Counted from the stretch's first letter, positions 1 to 8,756 are shown. The stretch is DNA of 64,000 nucleotides from Bacteroidales bacterium (GCA_049317265.1 JBMOIP010000007.1:69194-133193); one strand, 5' to 3'. Made by a program: numbers and translations. The notes: a model not told the origin generated them from the sequence alone.

Positions 1-1
1 C

Positions 2-1072
2 ACCGCCGACCAGTTTGCTCTTTGCAGCTCCGACATCGTCCGTTTCACTGATCAATCCACCAACTGCCCCTCTCAATGGACATGGTCCTTCAACCCGAAT
101 ACCATCACATTCCTGGAAGGCACTTCAAATACCAGCCAGAACCCTGTGGTTCAGTTTAATGCTGCCGGAGCGTACGATGTGCAGCTTGTCAGTTCCAATG
201 CAGTGGGATTTGCAACACTTACCCGTCTTGATTACATTATTAAAGACGGATATCCATTGCCGTTCATTGAAAACTTCGGAACAGGATTGACTCCACAACA
301 CTGGGAAATTCAGAATCCCGACCTGGGAATCACCTGGGATACCATCACTGTAGGCGGAACCGTTCCCGGATCAAAAGCCATTTACATGGATTTTTTCAGC
401 TATGCCACACTGAACAAACGCGATCAGCTGATCACTCCTCCCCTGAACCTCACCGGATATAGTTCCGTGACACTCAGTTTTAAACACGCATATGAACAAA
501 GGGTGAGAAAAGATTCGCTGATTATCAGGATCTCCGACAATTGCGGCACCACCTGGCAGCGTGTTTGGGGAATGGGTCCGGATGGAACCCCAGGCGTTTT
601 TGTAACCCACCCAAGCACCAACAACGAATTTTTCCCTCAGACTGCTGATGACTGGTGCGGTGGAAGTTATGGAACAGGATGTTACGCCATTGACCTCTCC
701 CCCTGGGCAAATCAACCGAACATCAAAGTGATGTTCGAATCGTATAACCGTTTCGGCAACAATCTTTATCTGAACGACATACAGATCAGTGGTCCTGTTT
801 CTGTGAATGAACAGAACAGATTGAAATCAGAGGTGACGATTTTCCCAAATCCCACCCGGGGACAATTCATGCTGACCATCACAGGCAACCATCAGGATGT
901 CGGAATGGTTATATTGAACCCCCAGGGACAAGCAGTTTACTCCGATCTTCTTACTTCAACCTCCGGCCATATCTCCAGGCAACTTGATTTTTCAGGCCTT
1001 GCCAGGGGAGTCTACATAATCAGATTAACAGGTAAGACGGAGAGTTGGGTGGAGAAACTGGTGATCCGGTAA
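2..1072 (+). CDS. T9SS-secreted surface protein, 5'-partial (PKD repeat + MAM/choice-of-anchor-J-like domain + Por C-terminal sorting domain)
   Basis: The frame is open from base 2 (TADQFALCSSDIVRFTDQSTNCPSQWTWSFNP...NPVVQFNAAGAYDVQL, a PKD signature) and runs into track ORF 146..1072. The C-terminus VTIFPNPTRGQFMLTI...GVYIIRLTGK...KLVI is a typical type IX secretion CTD. Confidence 0.75.
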   Translation, partial: TADQFALCSSDIVRFTDQSTNCPSQWTWSFNPNTITFLEGTSNTSQNPVVQFNAAGAYDVQLVSSNAVGFATLTRLDYIIKDGYPLPFIENFGTGLTPQHWEIQNPDLGITWDTITVGGTVPGSKAIYMDFFSYATLNKRDQLITPPLNLTGYSSVTLSFKHAYEQRVRKDSLIIRISDNCGTTWQRVWGMGPDGTPGVFVTHPSTNNEFFPQTADDWCGGSYGTGCYAIDLSPWANQPNIKVMFESYNRFGNNLYLNDIQISGPVSVNEQNRLKSEVTIFPNPTRGQFMLTITGNHQDVGMVILNPQGQAVYSDLLTSTSGHISRQLDFSGLARGVYIIRLTGKTESWVEKLVIR

Positions 1073-1078
1073 ACGGGC

Positions 1079-1190
1079 GGACGGGCAGACGGAAGGACAA
1101 GTGGACAAGTGGACAAGTGGACAAGTGGACAAGTGGACAAGTGGACGGGTGGACGGGTGGACGGATGGACGGGTGGTTAGGCGGATGGGT
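1079..1190 (+). repeat. Tandem 8-bp repeat array, about 14 units (6 perfect GGACAAGT, then GGACGGGT/GGACGGAT variants)
   Basis: Read directly. GGACGGGC and AGACGGAA occupy 1079-1094, (GGACAAGT)x6 occupies 1095-1142, GGACGGGT GGACGGGT GGACGGAT GGACGGGT occupies 1143-1174, and two degenerate units run to 1190. The array fills the gap between the stop codon at 1072 and the ATG at 1216. Confidence 0.95.
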
Positions 1191-1215
1191 GCACTGGTTA
1201 CATATTTTGCGTTAT

Positions 1216-3729
1216 ATGGTTAGACGAGTTGTTATTGTTTTTCTCCTTTTTCTCCTGGTTCAGGCTGCATGGGCAGATGGATGGCGTAAGGGGGAAATGG
1301 AGGTAAAAGTGATGGTTAGCCAGGCTTCTGACCTTCAGAAGATCCGTGATCTGGGGCTGGATTTTGAACCTGCTACCCAAGATGGCAGCGCTGTACGGAT
1401 GTATTTGGTCGCTGACGAATTAAAATTGGTGCAAAAAGCCCGTCTTGCCTACAAAATTACCATCCCCGACATGAACAGGCACTTTGAGCATTTCTGGGAC
1501 AATCCCCTCGTACCTTCTGGCTATTACACTTATGATCAGATTATTGCCATTGCCGACAGTCTCGCCACCAATTTCCCTGCAATCTGTAAAAAGGTGAGCT
1601 GGGGAACTTCGGTTGGAGGCCGCCAGCTTGCTGCGTTGAAAATCAGCGACAATGTCAATAATGACGAACCTGAACCTGAAATCATGTTCGACGGGGGAAT
1701 CCATGGTGATGAAGTGGGAGGATCTCAGAACATCATCCTGTTTGCCAGGGATTTATGTCTCGGGTTTGGCGCTGATCCTGCCATCACAAACCTCATCAAC
1801 GACCGGGAGATCTGGCTGTACCTCATGGTCAATCCCGACGGGCGTGAATCAATGTCGCGATACAACAACAACGGGGTTGACTGCAACCGCGACAACGGGT
1901 ACATGTGGAACGGGGAAGGGAACAGCTGGAGCGCTTTTTCTCAGGTTGAAACAAAAGCGTTGCGTAACCTGATCCTCGATAACCAGTTTGTGGTTTATAC
2001 AAACTACCACAGCGGTACCGAGGTGCTTGCCTATCCCTGGAGTTACAGATCAAATCCAACCCGCGACAACGAACATATCAATCAGCTTGCCGGTGTTTAC
2101 TCAACTGCTTCCGGGTATGCATACCTGCAGTATGGACAGGGGTACAACATCATGTACGCCATCAACGGCAGCACCAAGGATTTCCAGTATGGCAGCCTTG
2201 GAAATATCGGATGGTCCATCGAGATCTCCGTCGACAAGCAACCAGCCTCATCACAGATCAGCCACTTTTATACTGTCAATAAACCGGCAATGCTGGAACT
2301 CATCAACCGATGTGGCTGGGGAGTTTCGGGCATGATAACGGATTCTGTCTCCGGGGCACCGGTAAAGGCTTCAATTCAGGTTAACAACTATTTTCCCATT
2401 TATAACGATCCGGCCATAGGTGATTATCACAAGTATATTCTCCCCGGAACCTATACATTGAAGGTTGTGGCCAACGGATACAAGCCAAAGACAATTTATA
2501 ATGTGACCGTTCCTTCCACAGGCAGTGTGGTTGCAGATGTACAGCTTGTCCCTGCTGTAAACCATTTTGCCTACAAGGTTGCCAGCTGCCGTATCCCGGG
2601 TAATAATTTCGGGGATGAAGGATTTACCCCCGGCGCACTTGGACGGCCCGACTCGATCCCATACTCCCTGGGAAGAAGCGGGTGGATCGTTCTGGACATG
2701 GGAGACACCATTTTCAACGGACCGGGAAACGATTTTAAAATTATCCAGGCAGGAACAGTCAGCAAATCCTTTACAGTATCAGCCGGGAACAACATCGATG
2801 GCCCCTTCACTGCCATTGGCACCGGAACAGGAACCACCGGCTTTGACCTTGCCGCTGTATCCATAAATAAAGCCAGGTACCTGAATATCAAGGATAACGG
2901 AACCGGGGCAGCCTCCGGACCGGGGGCAGGCTTCAACCTGGATGCTGTTGAAATGCTTACAATTCCCGTTTCTGCTGAATTCACTGCAACGTCAACCACT
3001 CCCTGTATCGGTTCACCCGTGAGTTTCACGGATGCTTCAGCCGGAAATCCAACAACATGGTCCTGGTCTTTCCCCGGGGGTGTTCCGGCAACATCAACCC
3101 TGCAAAACCCTGCAGATATTCATTATGACACCCCTGGCCAATACACTGTTTCACTTACAGTTTCGAATGGGATTACCACTGGCTCAAAAACAAAAGTTGA
3201 TTTCATTATTTCCTCTTTACCCCCTGCAGTAACCCTGGGAAATGACACTTCATTATGTGAATGGAGTTCCATCCTGCTGGATGCAGGGAACCCGGGGTCT
3301 GCCTATTTATGGTCAACCGGTGCAACTACGCAGACCATCATGGTCGATTCAACGGGGATCGGTTATGGCTCCCGTGATTTCCGTGCCAGGGTTACAAATC
3401 CAACCGGTTGTGCAGCAGAGGATACCATAAAAGTTACTTTTGAAAATTGCACCGGAATCAGGGATTTCAACGTTCAGCATGAAGTATCGGTCTATCCAAA
3501 CCCCTCCGGCGGGTATTTCGTCATGGATATCAGGGGTTTTAAAGGGGGGACCTGGGAACTCTCCTCAATGCAGGGTAATGTGATTGCTGACGGAAACATA
3601 CCGAATGCAGATTATCATGCGGATATGAATAGGAGGAAATTCCCCCAGGGTCTTTATCTCCTTAAAGTGAATGGTAGGGATGTTTCTGCTATAAGGAAAC
3701 TCTTAGTCACTCCATCCTTGGGAAAATAA
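1216..3729 (+). CDS. Secreted M14-family zinc carboxypeptidase with CarboxypepD_reg-like, PKD and T9SS C-terminal domains
   Basis: It has the HxxE zinc motif GGIHGDEVGG and NPDGRE. The signal peptide MVRRVVIVFLLFLLVQAAWA starts at ATG 1216. The track start at 1045 is a TTG that reads through the 8-bp repeat. A PKD repeat (FTDASAGNPTTWSWSFPGG...YTVSLTV) and a CTD (VSVYPNPSGGYFVM...GLYLLKVNG) follow. Confidence 0.85.
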   Translation: MVRRVVIVFLLFLLVQAAWADGWRKGEMEVKVMVSQASDLQKIRDLGLDFEPATQDGSAVRMYLVADELKLVQKARLAYKITIPDMNRHFEHFWDNPLVPSGYYTYDQIIAIADSLATNFPAICKKVSWGTSVGGRQLAALKISDNVNNDEPEPEIMFDGGIHGDEVGGSQNIILFARDLCLGFGADPAITNLINDREIWLYLMVNPDGRESMSRYNNNGVDCNRDNGYMWNGEGNSWSAFSQVETKALRNLILDNQFVVYTNYHSGTEVLAYPWSYRSNPTRDNEHINQLAGVYSTASGYAYLQYGQGYNIMYAINGSTKDFQYGSLGNIGWSIEISVDKQPASSQISHFYTVNKPAMLELINRCGWGVSGMITDSVSGAPVKASIQVNNYFPIYNDPAIGDYHKYILPGTYTLKVVANGYKPKTIYNVTVPSTGSVVADVQLVPAVNHFAYKVASCRIPGNNFGDEGFTPGALGRPDSIPYSLGRSGWIVLDMGDTIFNGPGNDFKIIQAGTVSKSFTVSAGNNIDGPFTAIGTGTGTTGFDLAAVSINKARYLNIKDNGTGAASGPGAGFNLDAVEMLTIPVSAEFTATSTTPCIGSPVSFTDASAGNPTTWSWSFPGGVPATSTLQNPADIHYDTPGQYTVSLTVSNGITTGSKTKVDFIISSLPPAVTLGNDTSLCEWSSILLDAGNPGSAYLWSTGATTQTIMVDSTGIGYGSRDFRARVTNPTGCAAEDTIKVTFENCTGIRDFNVQHEVSVYPNPSGGYFVMDIRGFKGGTWELSSMQGNVIADGNIPNADYHADMNRRKFPQGLYLLKVNGRDVSAIRKLLVTPSLGK

Positions 3730-3751
3730 CCCTCCCTGTAGGGTGAATTGC

Positions 3752-3759
3752 TAATTTTG
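3752..3759 (+). promoter_or_regulatory. Bacteroidota -7 promoter box (TAnnTTTG) for rsmE
   Basis: TAATTTTG lies 17 nt upstream of ATG 3777. Confidence 0.5.
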
Positions 3760-3776
3760 CAGTAATAAAGTCGCTC

Positions 3777-4487
3777 ATGCAATTATTCTATATTCACAGT
3801 ATTTCGGGCAACACATGCATCCTTAGTGAAGAAGAATCCTGGCACAGTATCAAAGTCCTGCGCCTGTCGGAAGGAAACCTCCTTGACCTGACAGATGGAG
3901 CAGGTAATTTCTACCGTGGAACACTGACCCAGGCGCATCACAAGAAGTGTGTCGTTGAAATTTCGGATGCAAGGTATATTCAACCGGCACCGCACCACCT
4001 TCACATTGCCATTGCTCCCACCAAAAATATTGACCGTTTTGAGTGGTTTCTTGAAAAATCAACTGAAATTGGCATAAACGAGATCACGCCCTTGTGGTGT
4101 GAACATTCCGAACGCGAGGTTGTAAAACCTGAAAGGCTTGAAAAAGTGCTGGTCGCAGCCATGAAACAATCGCTTCGGTCATGGCTGCCCTCATTGAACA
4201 CACCTGTAAAATTCACGGATTTTATTCACAGGGAGTACAAGGGCCAGAAATTCATTGGTTATTGCGAAACCGGGAATGAATCAGCACTGCATGACATCTA
4301 CCAACCGGGTTCAGATGTCCTGATCCTGATTGGTCCGGAAGGCGATTTTTCAAAAAAAGAAATTGAGTTTTCTGCGAATGCAGGCTTTACTCCGATAAGC
4401 CTGGGAGAATCACGTTTGCGAACTGAGACCGCTGGAGTTGTGGCATGCCATACCATCGGGTTGATGAACGCGATGAAGAAAGCATAA
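3777..4487 (+). CDS. rsmE: 16S rRNA (uracil1498-N3)-methyltransferase RsmE
   Basis: The 236-aa protein has an RsmE-like layout: an N-terminal PUA-like region and a C-terminal SPOUT motif (LIGPEGDFSKKEIEF...ISLGESRLRTETA). Confidence 0.85.
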   Translation: MQLFYIHSISGNTCILSEEESWHSIKVLRLSEGNLLDLTDGAGNFYRGTLTQAHHKKCVVEISDARYIQPAPHHLHIAIAPTKNIDRFEWFLEKSTEIGINEITPLWCEHSEREVVKPERLEKVLVAAMKQSLRSWLPSLNTPVKFTDFIHREYKGQKFIGYCETGNESALHDIYQPGSDVLILIGPEGDFSKKEIEFSANAGFTPISLGESRLRTETAGVVACHTIGLMNAMKKA

Positions 4488-4519
4488 AAAAAGCCGACAA
4501 AGGAGTCGGCTTTTTTTTT
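4486..4519. terminator. Bidirectional intrinsic terminator between convergent rsmE and hup
   Basis: AAAAAAAGCCGAC-aaagga-GTCGGCTTTTTTTTT is a GC stem flanked by an A-run and a T-run. Confidence 0.8.
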
Positions 4520-4532
4520 AAGCAGTAAAGGC

Positions 4533-4805
4533 TTACTTTACTTTTTTGCTCAGAGCTGCACCTGCCTTGAATTTAACAACCTTCTTGGCTGCGATCTTGA
4601 TCTCTTTCCCGTTCTGTGGGTTACGTCCCTTGCGGGCAGCCCTTTTTGAAACGGAGAATGAGCCGAAATCAACTAAAGCAACTCTTTCGCCCTTGCTGAG
4701 CGCTTTCTTCGTATTATCAATAAAAGCTTCCAGAGCGCGCTTTGCCTCAGCTTTGTTGATTTTTGCATCAATGGCAATTGCTTCGATTAATTGAGCTTTG
4801 TTCAT
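4533..4805 (-). CDS. hup: HU-family DNA-binding protein
   Basis: The 90-aa sequence [11 protein letters not shown]...[44 protein letters not shown] is the canonical HU/IHF fold sequence. Confidence 0.95.
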   Translation of the reverse strand: MNKAQLIEAIAIDAKINKAEAKRALEAFIDNTKKALSKGERVALVDFGSFSVSKRAARKGRNPQNGKEIKIAAKKVVKFKAGAALSKKVK

Positions 4806-4845
4806 TTTTCGTAAGTTTTAATTAATACATGAATAATAATCCTTG

Positions 4846-4853
4846 CAAATATA
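4846..4853 (-). promoter_or_regulatory. -7 promoter box (TATATTTG on minus strand) for hup
   Basis: The reverse complement of CAAATATA gives TAnnTTTG, about 40 nt upstream of ATG 4805. Confidence 0.45.
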
Positions 4854-4948
4854 AGGCATCCAAGAAAAAAGTCAAGTGTTTTCGGCCCAAAAGGGTTGAA
4901 AATGTTGATAAAATGGAGCTTTTGTTAATATCTCCGGCCCTAAAAACG

Positions 4949-5917
4949 TTAAATATCACGGGTTTCGTGAAATAATCTTCCGAAACCCCGAAGGAAATCC
5001 CCGCTGTTCATGACTTTGCGGCCCGACAGTTGCAACTCATTTAAATGAATATATCCATTTTTTGCCCCAACTTTGAGATAGGTTTTTCCATCTGATAAAA
5101 ATTCACCTGGTACCGACCCGGATTCGGCCTGTTCGGCAACCGCCCTGTAAATTTTAAGAATTTGCTCCCCATCTGCCGTTTTCAACTTTGTATATGCTCC
5201 AGGGTGAGGGCTCAGACCACGGATGAAATTATAAAGGGTCGTTACCTCCTGGTTCCAGTCGATGAGACAATCCTCCTTGAAAATCTTGGGTGCCGGTTTA
5301 AGTGTTTCAGCCAAGGTGATCAGCGACTCCTGCTGAATTTCTTCAAATGTCCCTGCAACGATCTGCCTGATTGTTTCTAACACAAGTGAAGCTCCTGCAA
5401 CCATCAGCCTGTCGTGAAGTTCACCGGCTGTTTCGTCGGGCCCGATGGGGACTTTACCCGACAACAGAATTCTGCCGGTATCGATCTGTTCATTCAGGAA
5501 AAAGGTGGTAACTCCGGTTTCGGTCTCCCCGTTCATGACAGCCCTGTTAATAGGTGCCGCTCCACGGTATTGGGGTAAAAGGGAAGCATGAAGGTTGAAG
5601 GTCCCCAATGGTGGCAGTGACCATACCTGCTTTGGCATCATGCGAAAAGCAATGACTATTTGTAAATCAGGCTTATAAGCTGCTAGTTGTTCGATAAAAC
5701 CGGGATCCTTCATGTTGACCGGTTGCAATACAGGGATACCGTTCTGCATACCAAATTCCTTCACCGGGGATGACCTCTCTTTCAATCCCCTCCCTGCAAT
5801 TTTGTCGGGCACTGTAACGATCGCCACCACAGAAAATCCGGCAGCAAGTATCTTTTCCAGTGAGGCAACTGCAAAATCAGGGGTGCCAAAAAAAATAATG
5901 CGGGGAGATGGTGTCAT
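4949..5917 (-). CDS. fmt: Methionyl-tRNA formyltransferase
   Basis: IIFFGTPDFAVASLEKIL...VVAIVTVPDK and HASLLPQYRGAAPINRAVMNGETETGVT are formyltransferase signatures. Confidence 0.93.
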   Translation of the reverse strand: MTPSPRIIFFGTPDFAVASLEKILAAGFSVVAIVTVPDKIAGRGLKERSSPVKEFGMQNGIPVLQPVNMKDPGFIEQLAAYKPDLQIVIAFRMMPKQVWSLPPLGTFNLHASLLPQYRGAAPINRAVMNGETETGVTTFFLNEQIDTGRILLSGKVPIGPDETAGELHDRLMVAGASLVLETIRQIVAGTFEEIQQESLITLAETLKPAPKIFKEDCLIDWNQEVTTLYNFIRGLSPHPGAYTKLKTADGEQILKIYRAVAEQAESGSVPGEFLSDGKTYLKVGAKNGYIHLNELQLSGRKVMNSGDFLRGFGRLFHETRDI

Positions 5918-5944
5918 AAAAAAAGCCTGAAAAATCAGGCTGGG
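5918..5944 (-). terminator. Intrinsic terminator of the upstream TPR gene, abutting the fmt start codon
   Basis: On the minus strand this reads CCCAGCCTGAtttTCAGGCTTTTTTT, followed immediately by the fmt ATG (5917). A second 12-bp hairpin lies at 5962-6000. Confidence 0.7.
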
Positions 5945-6007
5945 AATTTAAGAATTAAGTATGAGGAATGAAGAATCAATAACCAACTCTTCACTCCTCA
6001 TATGAAA

Positions 6008-6709
6008 CTATTTTTTTATCAATCCTTCAGAATAGGAGATATACTTGTCAATTTCCCTTCCTTCGTAGGAACGAGGATACTCTTCCTTGATCCTTTTATA
6101 AATGCTTAGCGCCTTTTCGAAATTTCCAAGCTCTTCATAAGCCATGGCCGATTTCATCAGGAACAGCGGAGAGGTAAACTCATTCTTCTTCATTTCGGCA
6201 GCGTCCATATAGAGATCTGCGGCTTTCTGCACCTGCTTCAACTCCATGTTGGCATCTCCCATGGCGCCTTTGGCCATCGGCCCAACCAGCTGATCCTTTG
6301 CACTGAACTTGCCAAGCTGTTCCAGGGCCTGGTCAAACTGTCCAAGTTTCAGATAGCAAACACCTGCATAATAATGAGCGAGATTGGCCGATTTGGTCAT
6401 CCCGAACTCATCAGTAATTGCAAGAAATCCAAGGTATTGTCCGTCGCCGTTCAGCGCCTTCTTCAATGAATCCTGTTCGAAATATTTTTCTGCCATGAAC
6501 ATCTGCGCCTGTGCGTCTTTCTCCTTGGGAGCAAGATAAAACCGTTTAAACCCGAAAAAACCGAGTACGATCACAATTAATACGCCAACAACGATCAGGA
6601 TGATCTGCTGGTACTTTTCAATGAACTGTTCTGTTTTGCTGAATGCTTCTTCAACCGCAACGATACGTTCTTCTGTTTTGTCAATCTTTTTATCCTGCTT
6701 ACTTGCCAT
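6008..6709 (-). CDS. Membrane-anchored tetratricopeptide-repeat protein (YfgM-like)
   Basis: MASKQDKK..., then a single TM helix (IILIVVGVLIVIVLGFFGF), then TPR-like helices (AHYYAGVCYLKLGQFDQALEQL, AMAYEELGNFEKALSIYKRI). I chose ATG 6709 because a TAnnTTTG box (6731-6738) lies inside the longer track ORF. Confidence 0.65.
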   Translation of the reverse strand: MASKQDKKIDKTEERIVAVEEAFSKTEQFIEKYQQIILIVVGVLIVIVLGFFGFKRFYLAPKEKDAQAQMFMAEKYFEQDSLKKALNGDGQYLGFLAITDEFGMTKSANLAHYYAGVCYLKLGQFDQALEQLGKFSAKDQLVGPMAKGAMGDANMELKQVQKAADLYMDAAEMKKNEFTSPLFLMKSAMAYEELGNFEKALSIYKRIKEEYPRSYEGREIDKYISYSEGLIKK

Positions 6710-6730
6710 GATATCTGAATTTTGGAGGTG

Positions 6731-6738
6731 CAAAATTA
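6731..6738 (-). promoter_or_regulatory. -7 promoter box (TAATTTTG on minus strand) for the TPR gene
   Basis: The reverse complement of CAAAATTA, 21 nt upstream of ATG 6709. Confidence 0.45.
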
Positions 6739-6779
6739 CATTTTTTCCTGAACAACAGGTATGATGGTCCAATTTTTTT

Positions 6780-6787
6780 TACTTTTG
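6780..6787 (+). promoter_or_regulatory. -7 promoter box (TACTTTTG) for trmH
   Basis: It lies 10 nt upstream of ATG 6798, with an alternative ATG at 6810. Confidence 0.5.
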
Positions 6788-6797
6788 CACGATTCCA

Positions 6798-7523
6798 ATG
6801 CGCAGGAGCATGAATCAGGTTGACGATCAGAACCCCACCTTTTCAAAAGAATTGATTGCATACCTTAGCAATTTTGTCACTGAGGAACGCTTTCAGAAAT
6901 TCAGTGACACCCTCCGTTACCGGACCCGCCACCTCACCATTGTCCTTGAAGATATATTCCAGTCGCACAATGCCAGCGCCGTGCTCAGAACCTGTGATTG
7001 TTTCGGCATCCAGGATGTGCACATCATAGAGAACCGCAACAAGTACGAGGTAAACCCCGATGTTGCCCTCGGAGCTTCCAAATGGCTGGATCTCCTCAAA
7101 TATAACAAGCAGGAAAACAACACGGTTTCATCTATCAATGCGCTTAAAAACAAGGGATATCGTGTGGTAGCCACTACCCCGCATAAAGACGGCTATACCC
7201 CCGACACGTTACCACTGGATCAAAAAACGGCCCTTATCTTTGGAACTGAACTTGCCGGGCTCACCCCCGATGCCATGGAACTGGCCGACGATTTCATCAG
7301 GATCCCCATGGTCGGATTTACCGAAAGCCTCAACATCAGTGTTTCTGCGGCCATCTTCATACAGACCCTGACTACACGCCTGAGAAATTCGGATATCTCA
7401 TGGCAACTTTCTGAATATGAACAAAATACCATAATGATCAACTGGCTCCGGCAATCCATTAAAAAGTCAGACATGATCATCCAGGATTTTCTGCAAAAAA
7501 ACGCCCCGCCAATCACCAAATAA
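6798..7523 (+). CDS. trmH: SpoU/TrmH-family tRNA (guanosine-2'-O)-methyltransferase
   Basis: RHLTIVLEDIFQSHNASAVLRTCDCFGIQDVHII, LIFGTELAGL and IPMVGFTESLNISVSAAI are SPOUT methyltransferase motifs. The start could instead be 6810. Confidence 0.75.
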   Translation: MRRSMNQVDDQNPTFSKELIAYLSNFVTEERFQKFSDTLRYRTRHLTIVLEDIFQSHNASAVLRTCDCFGIQDVHIIENRNKYEVNPDVALGASKWLDLLKYNKQENNTVSSINALKNKGYRVVATTPHKDGYTPDTLPLDQKTALIFGTELAGLTPDAMELADDFIRIPMVGFTESLNISVSAAIFIQTLTTRLRNSDISWQLSEYEQNTIMINWLRQSIKKSDMIIQDFLQKNAPPITK

Positions 7524-7598
7524 CATTGATTAGCAGAAAAACCTCACATTTCTTCCCCTTTCGTAAATGTGTGACCGTAAATCATAAATCTTTTTTCA

Positions 7599-7606
7599 TA
7601 CCTTTG
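7599..7606 (+). promoter_or_regulatory. -7 promoter box (TACCTTTG) for the THX gene
   Basis: It lies 32 nt upstream of ATG 7639. Confidence 0.5.
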
Positions 7607-7638
7607 CCGATTGTCAGAAATTACTAATTTTATGTTTT

Positions 7639-7926
7639 ATGGGAAAAGGAGATAAAAAAACAAAGCGTGGCAAAATCATCATCGGTTCATCAGGAATCAG
7701 CAGGTCACGTAAAAAGAAAAAAACCGTTGCTGTCACAGCCAAAGCCGAACCAAAAAAAGAGGTTGAAAAGGACGTAGCACAAGCTGCCCCAAAGAAAACC
7801 GCAAAGAAGGCTGAAGAGCATGTTGATATCGCTGAAGACAAGCACAAAGCTGCAAAAGCCAAGAAGAAATCGGATGATGAAGGAACTGAAGGTGAAGCTA
7901 CACACGTAGAACCTGCAGCAGAATAA
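7639..7926 (+). CDS. 30S ribosomal protein THX with a long Lys/Ala/Glu-rich C-terminal extension
   Basis: The N-terminus MGKGDKKTKRGKIIIGSSGISRSRKKKK matches the bTHX signature as I remember it. The remaining ~65 aa are low-complexity K/A/E-rich. Confidence 0.7.
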   Translation: MGKGDKKTKRGKIIIGSSGISRSRKKKKTVAVTAKAEPKKEVEKDVAQAAPKKTAKKAEEHVDIAEDKHKAAKAKKKSDDEGTEGEATHVEPAAE

Positions 7927-7954
7927 CATCAAGTCTCACAGATTTTACTGAACA

Positions 7955-7994
7955 CGTCCGGACAGGCTCTTGCTTTTCCGGACGATTTTGTTTT
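7955..7994 (+). terminator. Intrinsic terminator after THX, ending at the rsmG start codon
   Basis: CGTCCGGA-14 nt-TCCGGACG is followed by ATTTTGTTTT and then ATG 7995. Confidence 0.65.
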
Positions 7995-8621
7995 ATGATG
8001 ACCCTACCAGAAAAATATTTTCCAGGTTTATCCGAGAGGCAGCTTGAACAATTTGCCCGGATGGAGTTGCTTTACCGCGAATGGAATGCCATGATCAATG
8101 TCGTCTCCCGGAAAGATGTTGATCAACTGGTGCTCCATCACATTCTCTATTCACTTTCTATTGCAAAGGTCGTTACATTCAAGCCTGGAACCACGATCAT
8201 GGATGCCGGTACAGGTGGCGGCTTTCCGGGAATCCCGCTGGCAGCCATGTTCCCTGAAACCCAATTCACCCTGGTTGATTCCATCGGGAAGAAGATTAAG
8301 GTCATCACAGAAATTGCAACAGAACTGAAACTCAACAATGTCACCACCCTCAATTCACGGTTTGAATCGGTAAAAGGCAGATTCGACTTTATTACCGGAC
8401 GGGCTGTATCAAAACTTCCCCTCTTCGTTTCCATGGTTAAAAACTCCCTGAACCCTAAAGGATTTAATGATATTGCAAACGGGATTCTTTACCTTACCGG
8501 GGGCGATGTAGAGCAGGAAATCACCTTGATCAGGGCACAATCTGAAACCTGGTCCATCGCGGAATTTTTCAGTGAGGACTATTTTACCACCAAAAAACTG
8601 GCCCACCTTCATAACTTTTAA
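7995..8621 (+). CDS. rsmG: 16S rRNA (guanine527-N7)-methyltransferase RsmG (GidB)
   Basis: It carries the SAM motif IMDAGTGGGFPGIPLA and has GidB-like length and layout. Confidence 0.9.
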   Translation: MMTLPEKYFPGLSERQLEQFARMELLYREWNAMINVVSRKDVDQLVLHHILYSLSIAKVVTFKPGTTIMDAGTGGGFPGIPLAAMFPETQFTLVDSIGKKIKVITEIATELKLNNVTTLNSRFESVKGRFDFITGRAVSKLPLFVSMVKNSLNPKGFNDIANGILYLTGGDVEQEITLIRAQSETWSIAEFFSEDYFTTKKLAHLHNF

Positions 8622-8756
8622 TAAGAATTCCGGCTTATTATCAAACACTTAAACAATTATTCACGGTTAGGTGCAGTTACCTCTTGCCCATGTCACCGTT
8701 TTTTCTTTATTTAGCCCTCTAATTCTCCCAAATACTAACCCTTTAAATCAGGATTT

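Noticed and set aside
1045-1215. An N-terminal extension of the carboxypeptidase ORF (TTG 1045) that encodes KWTSGQVD repeats
   Set aside because: It overlaps the upstream gene's 3' end. It is simply the 8-bp repeat read in an open frame, and the obvious signal peptide begins at ATG 1216. I kept it only as a possible slippage-dependent alternative in the repeat finding.
7614-7932. Minus-strand 82-aa and 75-aa ORFs overlapping the THX gene
   Set aside because: They are low-complexity antisense frames of the Lys/Ala-rich tail. The plus frame begins with the THX signature and has both a promoter box and a terminator.
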